Origin: a virus
Taxonomy: Duplodnaviria; Caudoviricetes
DNA: 63,799 nt
IMG/VR virus record: IMGVR_UViG_3300042460_000659
Location: 1-63,799 of that record
Strand: one strand, 5' to 3'
Part shown: piece after piece, positions 25,591-35,641 of the stretch
How positions within the stretch are numbered: the first letter of the stretch is position 1
How the letters are laid out: every line of letters starts with the position of its first letter
The notes under the pieces: model-generated
Databases searched by the model: none
Told to the model about the DNA's origin: nothing
The model's input: only the letters and a program-made list of their open reading frames with translations
Made by a program: the position numbers and the translations under genes

Positions 25591-26199
25591 CTACACTCCA
25601 GAATAAGTAAGGAAGAAATCGTCGATCTCCGCAGACGTTTTCCCCTCAGCAGTGGCTAGAGCGGCAACGAGCGGGTCATTCCTGATGATCTCGGATGGTC
25701 GGATGGCCCGTGCCTTGGCGGCGAACTGTTGTTCAGGCGGCAGCATCGAGATCACCAGAAGGACCGGGTCTGGCAGGGTTCCGACCAGCCACGCTCCACC
25801 CTCTGCCTCCGTGATCCAGCCCTCTGCCACAAGGCCGATCATCAGCTGGGCGAAAGTCAGGTTCGGAATTCTGGGCGGCGGCGCTGGCAGAGGCACCTGA
25901 TTGATCGCGACAGCGAGGCGCTGCAGGTTGTTCATGATCACATCGAACTGGCCGCCGACACCATCGGAACCCACGACGATGCCGCCAGAGTACGTGGCGG
26001 TGGTGAACTCCCTGCCGTTCCCGCGCTCAAGGTGGACCGCCACAAGGCCAGCCTGAGGATCGACGTTCAGGAGCGTGTCGAGGAGGTACTTGATGTCCAC
26101 CGGGATGTCCGGGTCCGAAAGTTCGAAGACGTACTGATTGTTTCTGCCGGACACGACCTGAACTTCACCAGAGGTGGAGATATCGATGTATTGTATCAT
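25591..26199 (-). CDS. Putative tail-fibre assembly/chaperone-like protein
   Basis: Follows the fibre genes; C-terminal RNDPLV...IDDFF motif. Confidence 0.55.
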   Translation of the reverse strand: MIQYIDISTSGEVQVVSGRNNQYVFELSDPDIPVDIKYLLDTLLNVDPQAGLVAVHLERGNGREFTTATYSGGIVVGSDGVGGQFDVIMNNLQRLAVAINQVPLPAPPPRIPNLTFAQLMIGLVAEGWITEAEGGAWLVGTLPDPVLLVISMLPPEQQFAAKARAIRPSEIIRNDPLVAALATAEGKTSAEIDDFFLTYSGV

Positions 26200-26202
26200 T
26201 TT

Positions 26203-27081
26203 TTAAGCCTTTCTGATGTAGCAAAGAGCGAAGTATGGGGGACGGTTTTCGTGGCTTCCGCTGCTTCCGATGGAGGTCGTGTTGGTTGGGCCGTAAGCAT
26301 GAGCGTGAGCGCCCCCAGAAACAATTCCTATGCTGGTCACAGCTGAGATTGTGGTCAGGGTCGTGTTTCCGCCGCGCCCGGTGGAGGAGGTGGCGTTTCC
26401 GTTGAATGCCCGCGTAAAAAGGTGAGAGTGACCCGTATCGTTGATTGCGTGGTTGTGGCTTCCGCCGCTCACGACAAGTACTGGCCCATAATCGTGGGTA
26501 TGAGCGGGGGTCTCGGCTTGGGACAGAGTGACGGCATTTGCCCCACCTGTGGTATTCACCGGGTAGGTGACGGAACCAGCGCCAACGATGAACCTATCCC
26601 TGAGGTCTGGCGTGCCGTTCGTACCGTCGCAAAGGAACCATCCAGATGGGATTGCCCCGATAGCTCCAGACCACATGGTGATGATGCCAGCCGCGATGGC
26701 ATCAAAGTTCCCGGCGGTGTTCACGCCATCCGAACCAGCATTTGCGAAGTCGGGGGTTGCCACAAAGCTGGTCCCGCCACCCAGAGAGGCAAAAGTGATC
26801 GTGAAAGCCCCGGTGGTGCTGTTCCTCAAAACCCACTTCCCGCCAACGCCAGCTGGCAGTTGGTAGGTCACGTTGGCTGTCAGGGTTCCAGTGAACTTGA
26901 TGATCAGCTTCTGGTACTGGGTCAGCGTCAGGACAACCGGTGTCGCGGTCACGCCAGTCACGTTGATCGTTGTCACGCCCCCGAAGGCATCGTCGATGTA
27001 CCCAAAGTTGTCGTTGAGGGGTGTGCCCCACCCCGTGCTTCCGATGACCGGCTGGTTCAGGCCTTTGTTTGCTGTTGGCAT
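26203..27081 (-). CDS. Tail-collar-domain fibre protein, paralogue 3
   Basis: GWFLCDGTNGTPDLRDRFIVGAG collar motif; xHxH repeats; HENRPPYFALCYI. Confidence 0.85.
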   Translation of the reverse strand: MPTANKGLNQPVIGSTGWGTPLNDNFGYIDDAFGGVTTINVTGVTATPVVLTLTQYQKLIIKFTGTLTANVTYQLPAGVGGKWVLRNSTTGAFTITFASLGGGTSFVATPDFANAGSDGVNTAGNFDAIAAGIITMWSGAIGAIPSGWFLCDGTNGTPDLRDRFIVGAGSVTYPVNTTGGANAVTLSQAETPAHTHDYGPVLVVSGGSHNHAINDTGHSHLFTRAFNGNATSSTGRGGNTTLTTISAVTSIGIVSGGAHAHAYGPTNTTSIGSSGSHENRPPYFALCYIRKA

Positions 27082-27091
27082 GGCGTGCCCC

Positions 27092-27967
27092 TCAAATCTT
27101 ATAGATGTAGCAGAGCGCGTAGTACGGCGGCAGGTTGGCATGGCTTCCATCGCCACCGATGGGGGTGGACGTGGTTGTAAAGGTATGGGTGTGGGAGACG
27201 CTGTTTTGTATGCCTACCCCTGTAAAAGCTCCGCCTGTCCCCGATGTGAGAGCGCTATCCCAATCTGACCCAAACGGAATACCCCCTGCGGTGCCAAGTT
27301 TTGTCGCGTACGTGTGTGTGTGCCCCGGATCGGTTATATTGTGGACGTGAGCGCCGTCCGTATTGGTGTTGCCGCTGAAGCTGTGTACGTGAGCGGGTGT
27401 CTGAGCCTGCGTCAGGGTTACGGTTGTGACGCCACCCGTACCGCCCACGGCATAGGTCGAGCCAGCGCCAGTCACAAAGCGGTCCCGAAGGTCTGGTGTT
27501 CCAAGCGTACCGTTGCACAGCAACCACCCCACAGGGATCGTCGCCTGAGAGCCTGACCAGATCATGATCGATCCGGACGGCAGGCTCCCGAAGTTTCCCG
27601 CGCAGTCAACGCCGTCGCAGACGATGTCGGAAAAATCCGCATCGAGGATTTTGGAGGTTCCGCCGCCAAGGGAGGCGATAGTGATTGTGAAGGCACCCGT
27701 GGTGGCGCGCTGCACAACCCATTGGCCGCCGACCCCTGCGGGAAGCTGATAGGTCACGTTGGCGGTCAAAACGCCTGTGAATTTGATCGTCATGTTGACG
27801 TACTGCGCCAAGGTCAGGACAATCGGTGTTGCCGTCTGCCCGGTCACGCTGAGCGTGGTGACGCTTCCGAAGGCCGCATCTATGCCACCGAAATCGTCGT
27901 TCAGGGGCAGGCCCCAGCCGATGGAACCGAGAGCGGGCTGGACAAATCCCTTGTTTGCGGTTGCCAT
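27092..27967 (-). CDS. Tail-collar-domain fibre protein, paralogue 2
   Basis: GWLLCNGTLGTPDLRDRF; HANLPPYYALCYI. Confidence 0.85.
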   Translation of the reverse strand: MATANKGFVQPALGSIGWGLPLNDDFGGIDAAFGSVTTLSVTGQTATPIVLTLAQYVNMTIKFTGVLTANVTYQLPAGVGGQWVVQRATTGAFTITIASLGGGTSKILDADFSDIVCDGVDCAGNFGSLPSGSIMIWSGSQATIPVGWLLCNGTLGTPDLRDRFVTGAGSTYAVGGTGGVTTVTLTQAQTPAHVHSFSGNTNTDGAHVHNITDPGHTHTYATKLGTAGGIPFGSDWDSALTSGTGGAFTGVGIQNSVSHTHTFTTTSTPIGGDGSHANLPPYYALCYIYKI

Positions 27968-27977
27968 TTCTCGCCCC

Positions 27978-28859
27978 TCAAATCTTGGATATGTAGCAGA
28001 GCGCGTAGAACAGCGGCCTGTTTTCGTGGGCGGTGCCGCCGCCGATGGAAGTCGTAGTACCGCTGTAAGTGTGCTGGTGCGCGCCACCGGTCACAATGGA
28101 TATCCCGGTGCCTGATACTGAGGTGCTTTGGGTATCTTGGGCGTCGTAACCTGCGTTCCCCGGCTGCGTGACGCCACCAAATTGAAACGACGGGTAATCG
28201 TAGGTATGCGCGTGACCGGGGTCGTTTATGTTGTGGGCGTGAATGCCACCAGCTGCAGTTGCACCAGCTACAGTGTGCGTGTGCGAAGGCATCTGAGCGT
28301 TTGTCAGAGTAAAGGTATTTGAGCCACCCGTGTCTCCCACAGCGTAGGTTCCGCCCGCACCGACGATGAACTTGTCCCGAAGGTCGAGCGTGCCGTTCGT
28401 TCCGTCACAGAGCAGCCACCCCATGGGTATCGTGGCCACGGAGCCTGACCAGATCGCGATGATGCCAGTTGGTGTCCCGCCGAAGCTTCCCACGCAGTTG
28501 GTGCCGTCGGCGATGAAGTTGGTGTATCCAGCCACAGCCGGGAACGTGGTGCCCCCACCCAGAGACGCCATGGTGATCGAGAAGGCCCCGGTCGTGTTGT
28601 TCTGGACGATCCATCGGCCACCGACCCCGGATGGCAGCTGGTAGGTCACGTTGGCCGTCAGCGTGCCGGTGAATATGATCGTCAGGCTCTGGTACTGATC
28701 CAAGGTCAGGACGACGGGTGTCGCCGTAACGCCGGTGACGTTGATCGAAGTGACACCGCCAAAAGCTTGGTCGATGTCACTGAAATCCTCGTTCAGCGGA
28801 AGGCCCCACCCGGAGGAGCCGATTGGCGGCTGGGTCAGACCCTTGTTCGTCGTCGCCAT
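27978..28859 (-). CDS. Tail-collar-domain fibre protein, paralogue 1
   Basis: GWLLCDGTNGTLDLRDKF; HENRPLFYALCYI. Confidence 0.85.
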   Translation of the reverse strand: MATTNKGLTQPPIGSSGWGLPLNEDFSDIDQAFGGVTSINVTGVTATPVVLTLDQYQSLTIIFTGTLTANVTYQLPSGVGGRWIVQNNTTGAFSITMASLGGGTTFPAVAGYTNFIADGTNCVGSFGGTPTGIIAIWSGSVATIPMGWLLCDGTNGTLDLRDKFIVGAGGTYAVGDTGGSNTFTLTNAQMPSHTHTVAGATAAGGIHAHNINDPGHAHTYDYPSFQFGGVTQPGNAGYDAQDTQSTSVSGTGISIVTGGAHQHTYSGTTTSIGGGTAHENRPLFYALCYISKI

Positions 28860-30694
28860 CAGATACTCCTGTTCGCCACCTCAAGCGCGTGCGCCACAGC
28901 ATCGTCAGATTGGCTGAGGAGTGGCTCCGTGGATCGCCCAAGGTCTTTCTTAGCACGTTCCGCAGCCCGCACCAACTGGTCAGCCGCAGCTTCGTGCCCG
29001 CCCACGCGCCCACCGGCCTTGCGGCCCATGCGATCTCCGCTGGTCTGGTACATCGCGTTCGTTACCGCCGCAGGCACCTTCGGAACTGCATTCACAGCCC
29101 CCTCCAGACGACCCATCCCATACTGGGTCATACCAGCAAGCCGTGGCGATGCTCCAGCTGCAATAGCGATGCCGTGAGGGCCACCAGCCAGAACTGGGCC
29201 AAGAACCCCAAGGCCGAAACCTTGCATCGCTGGGGGCATGATGTCCCTGAAAGCTGCGCCAGCAATCATCTCTGTCAGATATTTTCCGGACGGGGTGTCC
29301 TTCAGTTCTTTCAGGAGGTTCAGCTTCTCGCCGCTTTTCATGGTGGACATCAGCTTTGCAAGTCTGGCAGTCTCTGAGACCCTGTCACCAGTCCCCAGCG
29401 TGGACTGCATGTCCCGCATCTTTCCGATCCAGTCGCGCCAGTAGTCCATCATCTGGGCGTACGTGGGATCGACCTTCGAAATGGTCTCCTTGACGGAACG
29501 AGGAATGGCGGCGAGAGCGCCACGGTCAGACGGCGGAAGCTGCTCAACGACGTCGTGCAGGTCTCGTTTAAGAAGGTCGAGTTCGACCGCAGTGCGGGAT
29601 GATGGATCGGGGTGTGCCTCATACTTGGCAACCATATCATCCATCTTCTGGAGCGCTGCAACCTGCTCGGAGCTTGTACGTGTTCCGTACTTATTGAGTT
29701 GGGTCATGGCGCTGCCAATTGCGCCTCTGATGTCCCCCATGGGGAGTTCCTGAGTGGTAAGCTCAGATTTTTTGGATGTGTAGAAATCGCTGGCAGCCCT
29801 GCGCTTTTCCTCCATGGCGGCAACAGCGGTCTTCGCTATCTCTCTGGGTTCAGCTTTGCCCTGCATGGTAGACTTGAACGCTTGGCGCGCAGCGGGGTCT
29901 GACGATCTTCCAGTCTGACCTGCGATCTTGAGAGCCTGCAAGGGGGTTCCAGCGGCAACGGCCTGCGGATACCGCGCAATAGCACCGGCTGGCCTTGTTA
30001 CGGCCTTCACGCCAAGCTTAGCGCCCTGCATGGCAACGTTCAGTGGGTCTCCCAATGCGGCAACCTTCCCGGCTGCTGTTCCCAACTTTCCGAGGCCTGC
30101 GACGCGACTGGCTGGGCCAATGACAGGCGCAATCGTAGCCACGTCAAGTCCTACAGACACAGGGTCTTCAGCAAGCTTGTTCCAGAACGCCTCTGGTCCG
30201 GAAAAATAACTTTTCTTATAATAGTCGAATGCAGCGTCAGCTACATCCTCGCGCGCGCCCTTAGTTTCCTGATTAAGGATGGGGCCGTAGCCTGTCGCGT
30301 TTCCGACCGCGTCTATAGCTTTTGATCCCATTCCGACAGCGAGGTCAGCGCCAAGTCCGCCAATGGCCTTCGCGGTCTCAATTGGGCTTTGCCCCGCTTG
30401 AACGAGGCCGGAACCAAGTCTCTCAAGGCCCTCAGGTACATTGGAGGCTACCAGCTTCCAGTACTCTCCGCTAGGCAGGCTAGCTGGGGCCGCAACGGCA
30501 GAAGCGGGGGCGGAGGCAGAGGGAGCGGGAACGGGCGTCTCGACCACAGCGGTATCGCCGCCCGGCGGCGGAGGGGGTGGGGGTGGCGGACCAGCCGTAG
30601 GGGCTGCAGCGCCGCCTCCGAAGATTTCAGGGTACTTGGAGCGGATGCTATCCGATTTCGCGCCGGTGGGCGCATTCCAGTCCAGATCGGCCAA
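28859..30694 (-). CDS. Putative internal virion / DNA ejection protein (about 611 aa)
   Basis: Ala/Gly-rich helical protein after the large ejection gene; probable TTG start at 30694. Confidence 0.65.
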   Translation of the reverse strand: MADLDWNAPTGAKSDSIRSKYPEIFGGGAAAPTAGPPPPPPPPPGGDTAVVETPVPAPSASAPASAVAAPASLPSGEYWKLVASNVPEGLERLGSGLVQAGQSPIETAKAIGGLGADLAVGMGSKAIDAVGNATGYGPILNQETKGAREDVADAAFDYYKKSYFSGPEAFWNKLAEDPVSVGLDVATIAPVIGPASRVAGLGKLGTAAGKVAALGDPLNVAMQGAKLGVKAVTRPAGAIARYPQAVAAGTPLQALKIAGQTGRSSDPAARQAFKSTMQGKAEPREIAKTAVAAMEEKRRAASDFYTSKKSELTTQELPMGDIRGAIGSAMTQLNKYGTRTSSEQVAALQKMDDMVAKYEAHPDPSSRTAVELDLLKRDLHDVVEQLPPSDRGALAAIPRSVKETISKVDPTYAQMMDYWRDWIGKMRDMQSTLGTGDRVSETARLAKLMSTMKSGEKLNLLKELKDTPSGKYLTEMIAGAAFRDIMPPAMQGFGLGVLGPVLAGGPHGIAIAAGASPRLAGMTQYGMGRLEGAVNAVPKVPAAVTNAMYQTSGDRMGRKAGGRVGGHEAAADQLVRAAERAKKDLGRSTEPLLSQSDDAVAHALEVANRSI

Positions 30695-30695
30695 C

Positions 30696-33600
30696 TCAAG
30701 TCCCCCTGATAAACCAACGCGCCAGTATCGGAGACGCATCGATGTTCTGTTGCTTCAGAAGACCGGTGAGGATTTCCTGAGCCGTCGCCTGATCCAAAGC
30801 CCCTGAGTTCACATCCTTCATGAACTCCATGACGATCTCACCGCGCGTGCGCCCATTGTTCATGGGTGTCGTGTCGGCGGCCATTTTGTAGAGTTCAGAA
30901 AGCTGGCTTTTTTCTTGCTGCAGGGTCTCTGTGTACTCCCTGTTGAAGCCTTCGGCCAAGGCGTACGGGTTGTAACCTGCAGGCAACCGGCTCTGCAGGA
31001 AGTTGAAATACTGCGCTCTGTCGATATCCATTTGGTGGGACATCTGCAGGGCGGACGTTATCTCAGCAGCGGCATCTTCAGTCATCTGAAGTGTCGGGTT
31101 CGTTTCAACAAACCTCTCAAAAACGGATGCTGCACGCTGCTGCTCTGGCGTCATCGCGCCAGCACGCATTATGCCCAGCTTGTCAAGGATTTGCTGGCTG
31201 GTGATGGTGCCATTGATCGGCGTGATTTCTTCTATCCCAGCAGTTGTAAGGACAGCATTCAGCGGCCTCAGGATGTTTTCAAGGATCGTCGTTTGACCCT
31301 GAAGGCTTCCAAAATCTCCAGCCGCAATCGCCCCCGCCACGGTCTTGGCAAGCTCGTTGCTGGAAGCCTTTCCGTTCATCGCGGACATTCCGAGATTGGA
31401 TGCTTCCTGTACCAGCCTCGCAGCCTCCGCCGTATTTGTTCCGTACGCACCAAAGCCAACATCGCTCGAAACATACTCGTTCTGCTGGTCGATGATGTTC
31501 CGAGAGCTATCGCTGAAGCGTACACCGGTCGGTGCTTCGGTGGAGCCACCAACCGTAATGCCGCTCGACGCAGCCTGATCCCGCGCAGCCTCCATGATCC
31601 TTTGATCAAGCTGTGGGTCGCCCGTGGAGTAGGCCTGAGGGCTGCGAAGGTAGTCTTGCAGCGTGACAGCTGGCCTTCCATCCCCAAAGTTGACAAGGAC
31701 GCGGCCATTTGAAAACTCGATGAAGCGATCTTTGTCAGCCAAGACCTGCGTTTGGCGCTCTTGGGCTTTTGTCAGACCGATATCAGCAGCCTGCTTCTCA
31801 AGGCCAGCATAGGTTCCAGCAAAGCCCTGCAGGCCGAGGCCCAGAGACGGCAGGAAGAACTGGCTGGGCGAAGACAGCATCCCGCCGATGCCAGAAGCAA
31901 GGGAGAGAAGCGCGTTCTTGTTCAGGGTTCCGTCTTCGTTGTAGAACATTTTTCCAACAGTGGTGCGGTCCTCGTATGGCTTGTCCGGCGTTAGCATGCC
32001 GCGACCAAGGCCACCCTCTTGGGGTTCGCGCTGCCCTCTTGTGCTGAGGGATGCGCCAGCGCCCACACCGCCGCTCGGGAAGTACCGCCCTTCAGGCGTG
32101 GAGATCGGAGCACCAGTAATTGCGTCCATAGGCACACCGGCAAAGCTGGCAAGCTCTTCCATGCGGTCGCCGCGCCACTGAGCGATGCCGTAGGTTCCGT
32201 TTCCACCGCCAAGTGTGTTTCTGGCGTTGGGGTCCATGTGTGCATAGCTCTCGACCATCAGGCGGCCAGTCGCACCAGACGCTTGGATGGGGTCCATGCC
32301 GTTGTCGATGAAGTGCTGGTACGCCTGCTGAACGTTCGGCGGGAACCCAGACAGGTCTCCATTTTGCGCTGCGCTGTAGATATCCTCAGCGTTCGCAACG
32401 GCGATGTCGTTTCCTTGACCACCTGACTTTTCGTAGATTTCATCAAAAGCAATGGCAGCCTGACCGGGGGTTGCGTATTTTTGTGCAGGATATGCGTTGT
32501 ATTCGGGCTTCTGAAGCTCGTACGTGATGAAGTCCAGCTGCTTGCCATAAGGAACAACCGGTCCCATCTTGGGTTGCGGCGCGACAACACCAGTGGGTGC
32601 GCGCTCAACGGGCTGTTCGACAGCCGCAACACCCAAGCCTTCCGGACGCGCCACGGGGCGCGGGGACGACGCAAGGGGGGACATCGGGAGCGGCGTACCA
32701 GCGGCCTGCCGAAGCGGGAATGGCGTGCCCGCCGCTTCCCTGAGTGGGAACGGGGTTCCAGCGGCCTGCAGGGGCTGCGGACCGATCAGGCCTCTTTCTG
32801 GGAAGGGCGTGCCAGCAGCCTGTCGGGGTTCCAGATAGAACGGTGTCCCGGCTGCCTGCCTGATCGGCTCAAATGGCGTCCCAGCTGCAGGTATGAGGCC
32901 CGTTCCAGAGAGCATTCTCCCTTCAGCATTCCCTACGACGCCAGCACCGCTGAACATCGGAGGTTCGTAACCACGGCGACCAGAAATAGGTTCAAAGAGG
33001 CGCAGGCGTTGAGCCTCAGCCTCTGCGTCCTGCACGGCCTTGTACTCATCGGTCAGAATTTCTTGAGGGTTCGCATACTGGTTCCTCTCAAGAATTCTTT
33101 TGGCAGCTTCGTCGTAAGCTGACCTTGCAGCCGGTACGTCAACGTTTTCTGCCTGCTGTCTCAGGCGCTCTTGGGAAGCATCGATGTCTCTGCGCGCAGC
33201 GCTCAGTTCGTCCCCTTGCGAAATTTCTATGCCGCCAGCAGGGTTTCTGTATGCCCTGCGGTCATCATAGAGATATTTTTTCGTGTCTGGGTCGCGAACC
33301 ATTCCAGTTTCTTGGCTGTACTGAAGTGGATTTACCGTGGGCGCATCCTGCCAATCGCTCTTCATTGCGACGCCTGATGGGTAAGAAATCGGAGCGCCAA
33401 TTCTGTCAGCTTCTGGAACGCGCCCAGAAGGAAGAAGCCCTGTGGCGGCGCGGGGTTCCATTTCTTTGAGGCGACGCATGCGCTCCTCGTCGCTCATCGG
33501 AGACCCGCCATCAGCATATCCTGCAGCGCCGCCATACCGGAAGGGCATGGGGATACCTGCGATGGCAAGGCCGACCTTGGCGAGAGCTGCGATGTCACCA

Positions 33601-35141
33601 GCCGGGCTGGAGCCGCCGCCACCGCCGCCCGGAGGAGCGTCCAGCCTTGGCTTGTCGCTCTTGTCTTGGCTGGCCAGCGTGTCGGTCAGGTAGCTCTTCT
33701 CGCTGTTGGGGGCCACGCCGCCTTGCTGTGGCTTGAGGTATTGCGCACCGACGGCACCGCCATAGGCCTGCGCGGACACGCCGCGTCCAGTTTCTCCCCC
33801 TCCAACAGCTTCCTTCTTGCCTTCAGCGCCCCACTTGTCTTTTGCCCAGTTCCACGTGCCCTCAATCTCCTGAGCGCTCTCTCCAAGGCTTGCCAGAGAC
33901 GCCAGCTGCTGGGCCATGGATTTCTGTGCATTGGTTGCATAGGCCGGGTCGGCCACGATCAGTTCACCAACCGGAAGATTGGCCTGCGGCACGTACCCAC
34001 CAAAGTTCGGCTGGGAGTTTGCTGGAGACCCGTACGGACCAGCAACGCCGCCATCAGCGAATGCCTCACCTGAGCGCTGCGGAGAGACGCCGCCACCCAT
34101 GCTGTTTTTCTCGGTGGCCTTTTCGTAGTCGACGGTCTTGTAACCGGTGGGGTGGACGCCGACAGCTTCCGGTTTGACCTGCTCCACCTCGTCGGCCATG
34201 AAGCCAACGTGGGTCTGCTCTTTCTCGTCGCCCTTGTACTTGAAGCTGTAGATCGGCAGGCCGTCGTCGGTCTTGCCAATGCGTTTGACGTCGTGCTTCA
34301 GGCGGCGATCCGAGAAGAACGGTGCGGGCTGCGTGGTGGCCGTGGTCGAGCCGGAGAGAGCGCCTGTGCCGGTGGCGATGTTCGCGAGGAACTGGGCCAC
34401 TTGGAACGGGTAGCCCTGCTCCTGCATGAACTGGTTGACCAGCGCCGTCTTGCCAGCCTGTTCGGTCTGTTGCTCCAGCGTACCAGCGTTGATCTGGGCC
34501 TCAGCACCAGCAAGGCCAGCTTGCTGTGCCGTGGTGCCCAGACCGGCCAGCTGCGCGCCACCGGCGGTCAGGCGGGCGAGGTTGGCCTGATCTGCGCTGA
34601 GGTTCACGCCCTGCTGCTGCTGAGCGGTGCCAACGGCCTGCGTGTAGCCTTGATTGTAGATGTCTGCCATGGTCTTGCCGTAAGCAAGGTTCTGCTGTTG
34701 CGACAGGTTTGCTGCAGCGATGCCAGCCCTGTCCCCACCGAAGGCACCAGAACTGATGGCAGTGCCGAGATTTCCGGACTGCGCGCGCTCGTTCTCCTGC
34801 GCTATCATAGCGCTGGTCGTGTCGGCCACGTTCTGGATGTACGGCGACATGTACTTGCTGATGTCGAGTTCGCCAGCGTTGGCTTCATCCATACCGGCGA
34901 CGGTGGCACCGGTGGCTGCATTGATATACGGCTGGTAAGCGCCAGCAGCGGCGTTGACGTTGTTGATGCCCGCCCGCTGCTGTTCGTTGATCTGTGCGAC
35001 AAAATCGCTGGCTTCAGTGCCATACTTCTGGAACGGCTTGGCCGCCACTTCCTCAGCCCGAGTGTTGACCGCGTTGTAGCGCGCCATCACCTCAGGTGGG
35101 ATTTGAACCTGAGAAGTGGTCGTTGAAGTTTTCTTACCCAC
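30696..35141 (-). CDS. Large ejection protein with S74-like chaperone domain and phage tail-lysozyme domain (1481 aa)
   Basis: Q/A-rich N-terminus with SSGAFGGDRAG; FFSDRRLKHDVKRIG...GFMADEVE...VDY; MVES...YGIAQWRGDR. Confidence 0.8.
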   Translation of the reverse strand: MGKKTSTTTSQVQIPPEVMARYNAVNTRAEEVAAKPFQKYGTEASDFVAQINEQQRAGINNVNAAAGAYQPYINAATGATVAGMDEANAGELDISKYMSPYIQNVADTTSAMIAQENERAQSGNLGTAISSGAFGGDRAGIAAANLSQQQNLAYGKTMADIYNQGYTQAVGTAQQQQGVNLSADQANLARLTAGGAQLAGLGTTAQQAGLAGAEAQINAGTLEQQTEQAGKTALVNQFMQEQGYPFQVAQFLANIATGTGALSGSTTATTQPAPFFSDRRLKHDVKRIGKTDDGLPIYSFKYKGDEKEQTHVGFMADEVEQVKPEAVGVHPTGYKTVDYEKATEKNSMGGGVSPQRSGEAFADGGVAGPYGSPANSQPNFGGYVPQANLPVGELIVADPAYATNAQKSMAQQLASLASLGESAQEIEGTWNWAKDKWGAEGKKEAVGGGETGRGVSAQAYGGAVGAQYLKPQQGGVAPNSEKSYLTDTLASQDKSDKPRLDAPPGGGGGGSSPAGDIAALAKVGLAIAGIPMPFRYGGAAGYADGGSPMSDEERMRRLKEMEPRAATGLLPSGRVPEADRIGAPISYPSGVAMKSDWQDAPTVNPLQYSQETGMVRDPDTKKYLYDDRRAYRNPAGGIEISQGDELSAARRDIDASQERLRQQAENVDVPAARSAYDEAAKRILERNQYANPQEILTDEYKAVQDAEAEAQRLRLFEPISGRRGYEPPMFSGAGVVGNAEGRMLSGTGLIPAAGTPFEPIRQAAGTPFYLEPRQAAGTPFPERGLIGPQPLQAAGTPFPLREAAGTPFPLRQAAGTPLPMSPLASSPRPVARPEGLGVAAVEQPVERAPTGVVAPQPKMGPVVPYGKQLDFITYELQKPEYNAYPAQKYATPGQAAIAFDEIYEKSGGQGNDIAVANAEDIYSAAQNGDLSGFPPNVQQAYQHFIDNGMDPIQASGATGRLMVESYAHMDPNARNTLGGGNGTYGIAQWRGDRMEELASFAGVPMDAITGAPISTPEGRYFPSGGVGAGASLSTRGQREPQEGGLGRGMLTPDKPYEDRTTVGKMFYNEDGTLNKNALLSLASGIGGMLSSPSQFFLPSLGLGLQGFAGTYAGLEKQAADIGLTKAQERQTQVLADKDRFIEFSNGRVLVNFGDGRPAVTLQDYLRSPQAYSTGDPQLDQRIMEAARDQAASSGITVGGSTEAPTGVRFSDSSRNIIDQQNEYVSSDVGFGAYGTNTAEAARLVQEASNLGMSAMNGKASSNELAKTVAGAIAAGDFGSLQGQTTILENILRPLNAVLTTAGIEEITPINGTITSQQILDKLGIMRAGAMTPEQQRAASVFERFVETNPTLQMTEDAAAEITSALQMSHQMDIDRAQYFNFLQSRLPAGYNPYALAEGFNREYTETLQQEKSQLSELYKMAADTTPMNNGRTRGEIVMEFMKDVNSGALDQATAQEILTGLLKQQNIDASPILARWFIRGT

Positions 35142-35154
35142 AGCCGTTCCCCAT

Positions 35155-35637
35155 TCAGGTTTTGCCAGTCATACCAGTTTTTGCTCCGTACAGGAAGTAC
35201 ACACCCGACGGTTCACCAAATACACGCTCGTAAAGGCGCATCTTAGCAGCTGTGCGGCTGCTGGACAGAACCCCGATGGAGAGGGGAAGCTGGAGTGCAT
35301 CCGATACTTGCTTCGCGAATTCCGCAAGCTTTCTGGCCCTGCCACCTTTGGCGGATCGGAACTGCGGGTCAACAAAAATAGCCTTTTCCTCGATGATCTG
35401 TTCCTTGCTGTACCACATCTCTCCGATGTTCAGCAGGATTGCCCCCTCAAGACCGCCCCCGACCGGGCCGATGACCCCGATGATGCCGGGAATTTGCTTG
35501 CTCAGGACGCCGTAGATCGGCGATGCAAGCTTACCCATGTCCGGAGAGGTGAGCGCGTTCTCCTCTGTCGCCTCGATGGCGAGACGCATGACCTCGTCAA
35601 AATCATCGACGACGCCAGTCCGAACTTCGATTTCCAT
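35155..35637 (-). CDS. GNAT-fold acetyltransferase-like protein
   Basis: IFVDPQFRSAKGGRARKL...LYER. Confidence 0.75.
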   Translation of the reverse strand: MEIEVRTGVVDDFDEVMRLAIEATEENALTSPDMGKLASPIYGVLSKQIPGIIGVIGPVGGGLEGAILLNIGEMWYSKEQIIEEKAIFVDPQFRSAKGGRARKLAEFAKQVSDALQLPLSIGVLSSSRTAAKMRLYERVFGEPSGVYFLYGAKTGMTGKT

Positions 35638-35641
35638 AATG

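Noticed and set aside
26203-28859. Diversity-generating retroelement or invertible shufflon acting on the fibres
   Set aside because: No reverse transcriptase, adenine-specific TR/VR pair, invertase or inverted cassettes were seen.
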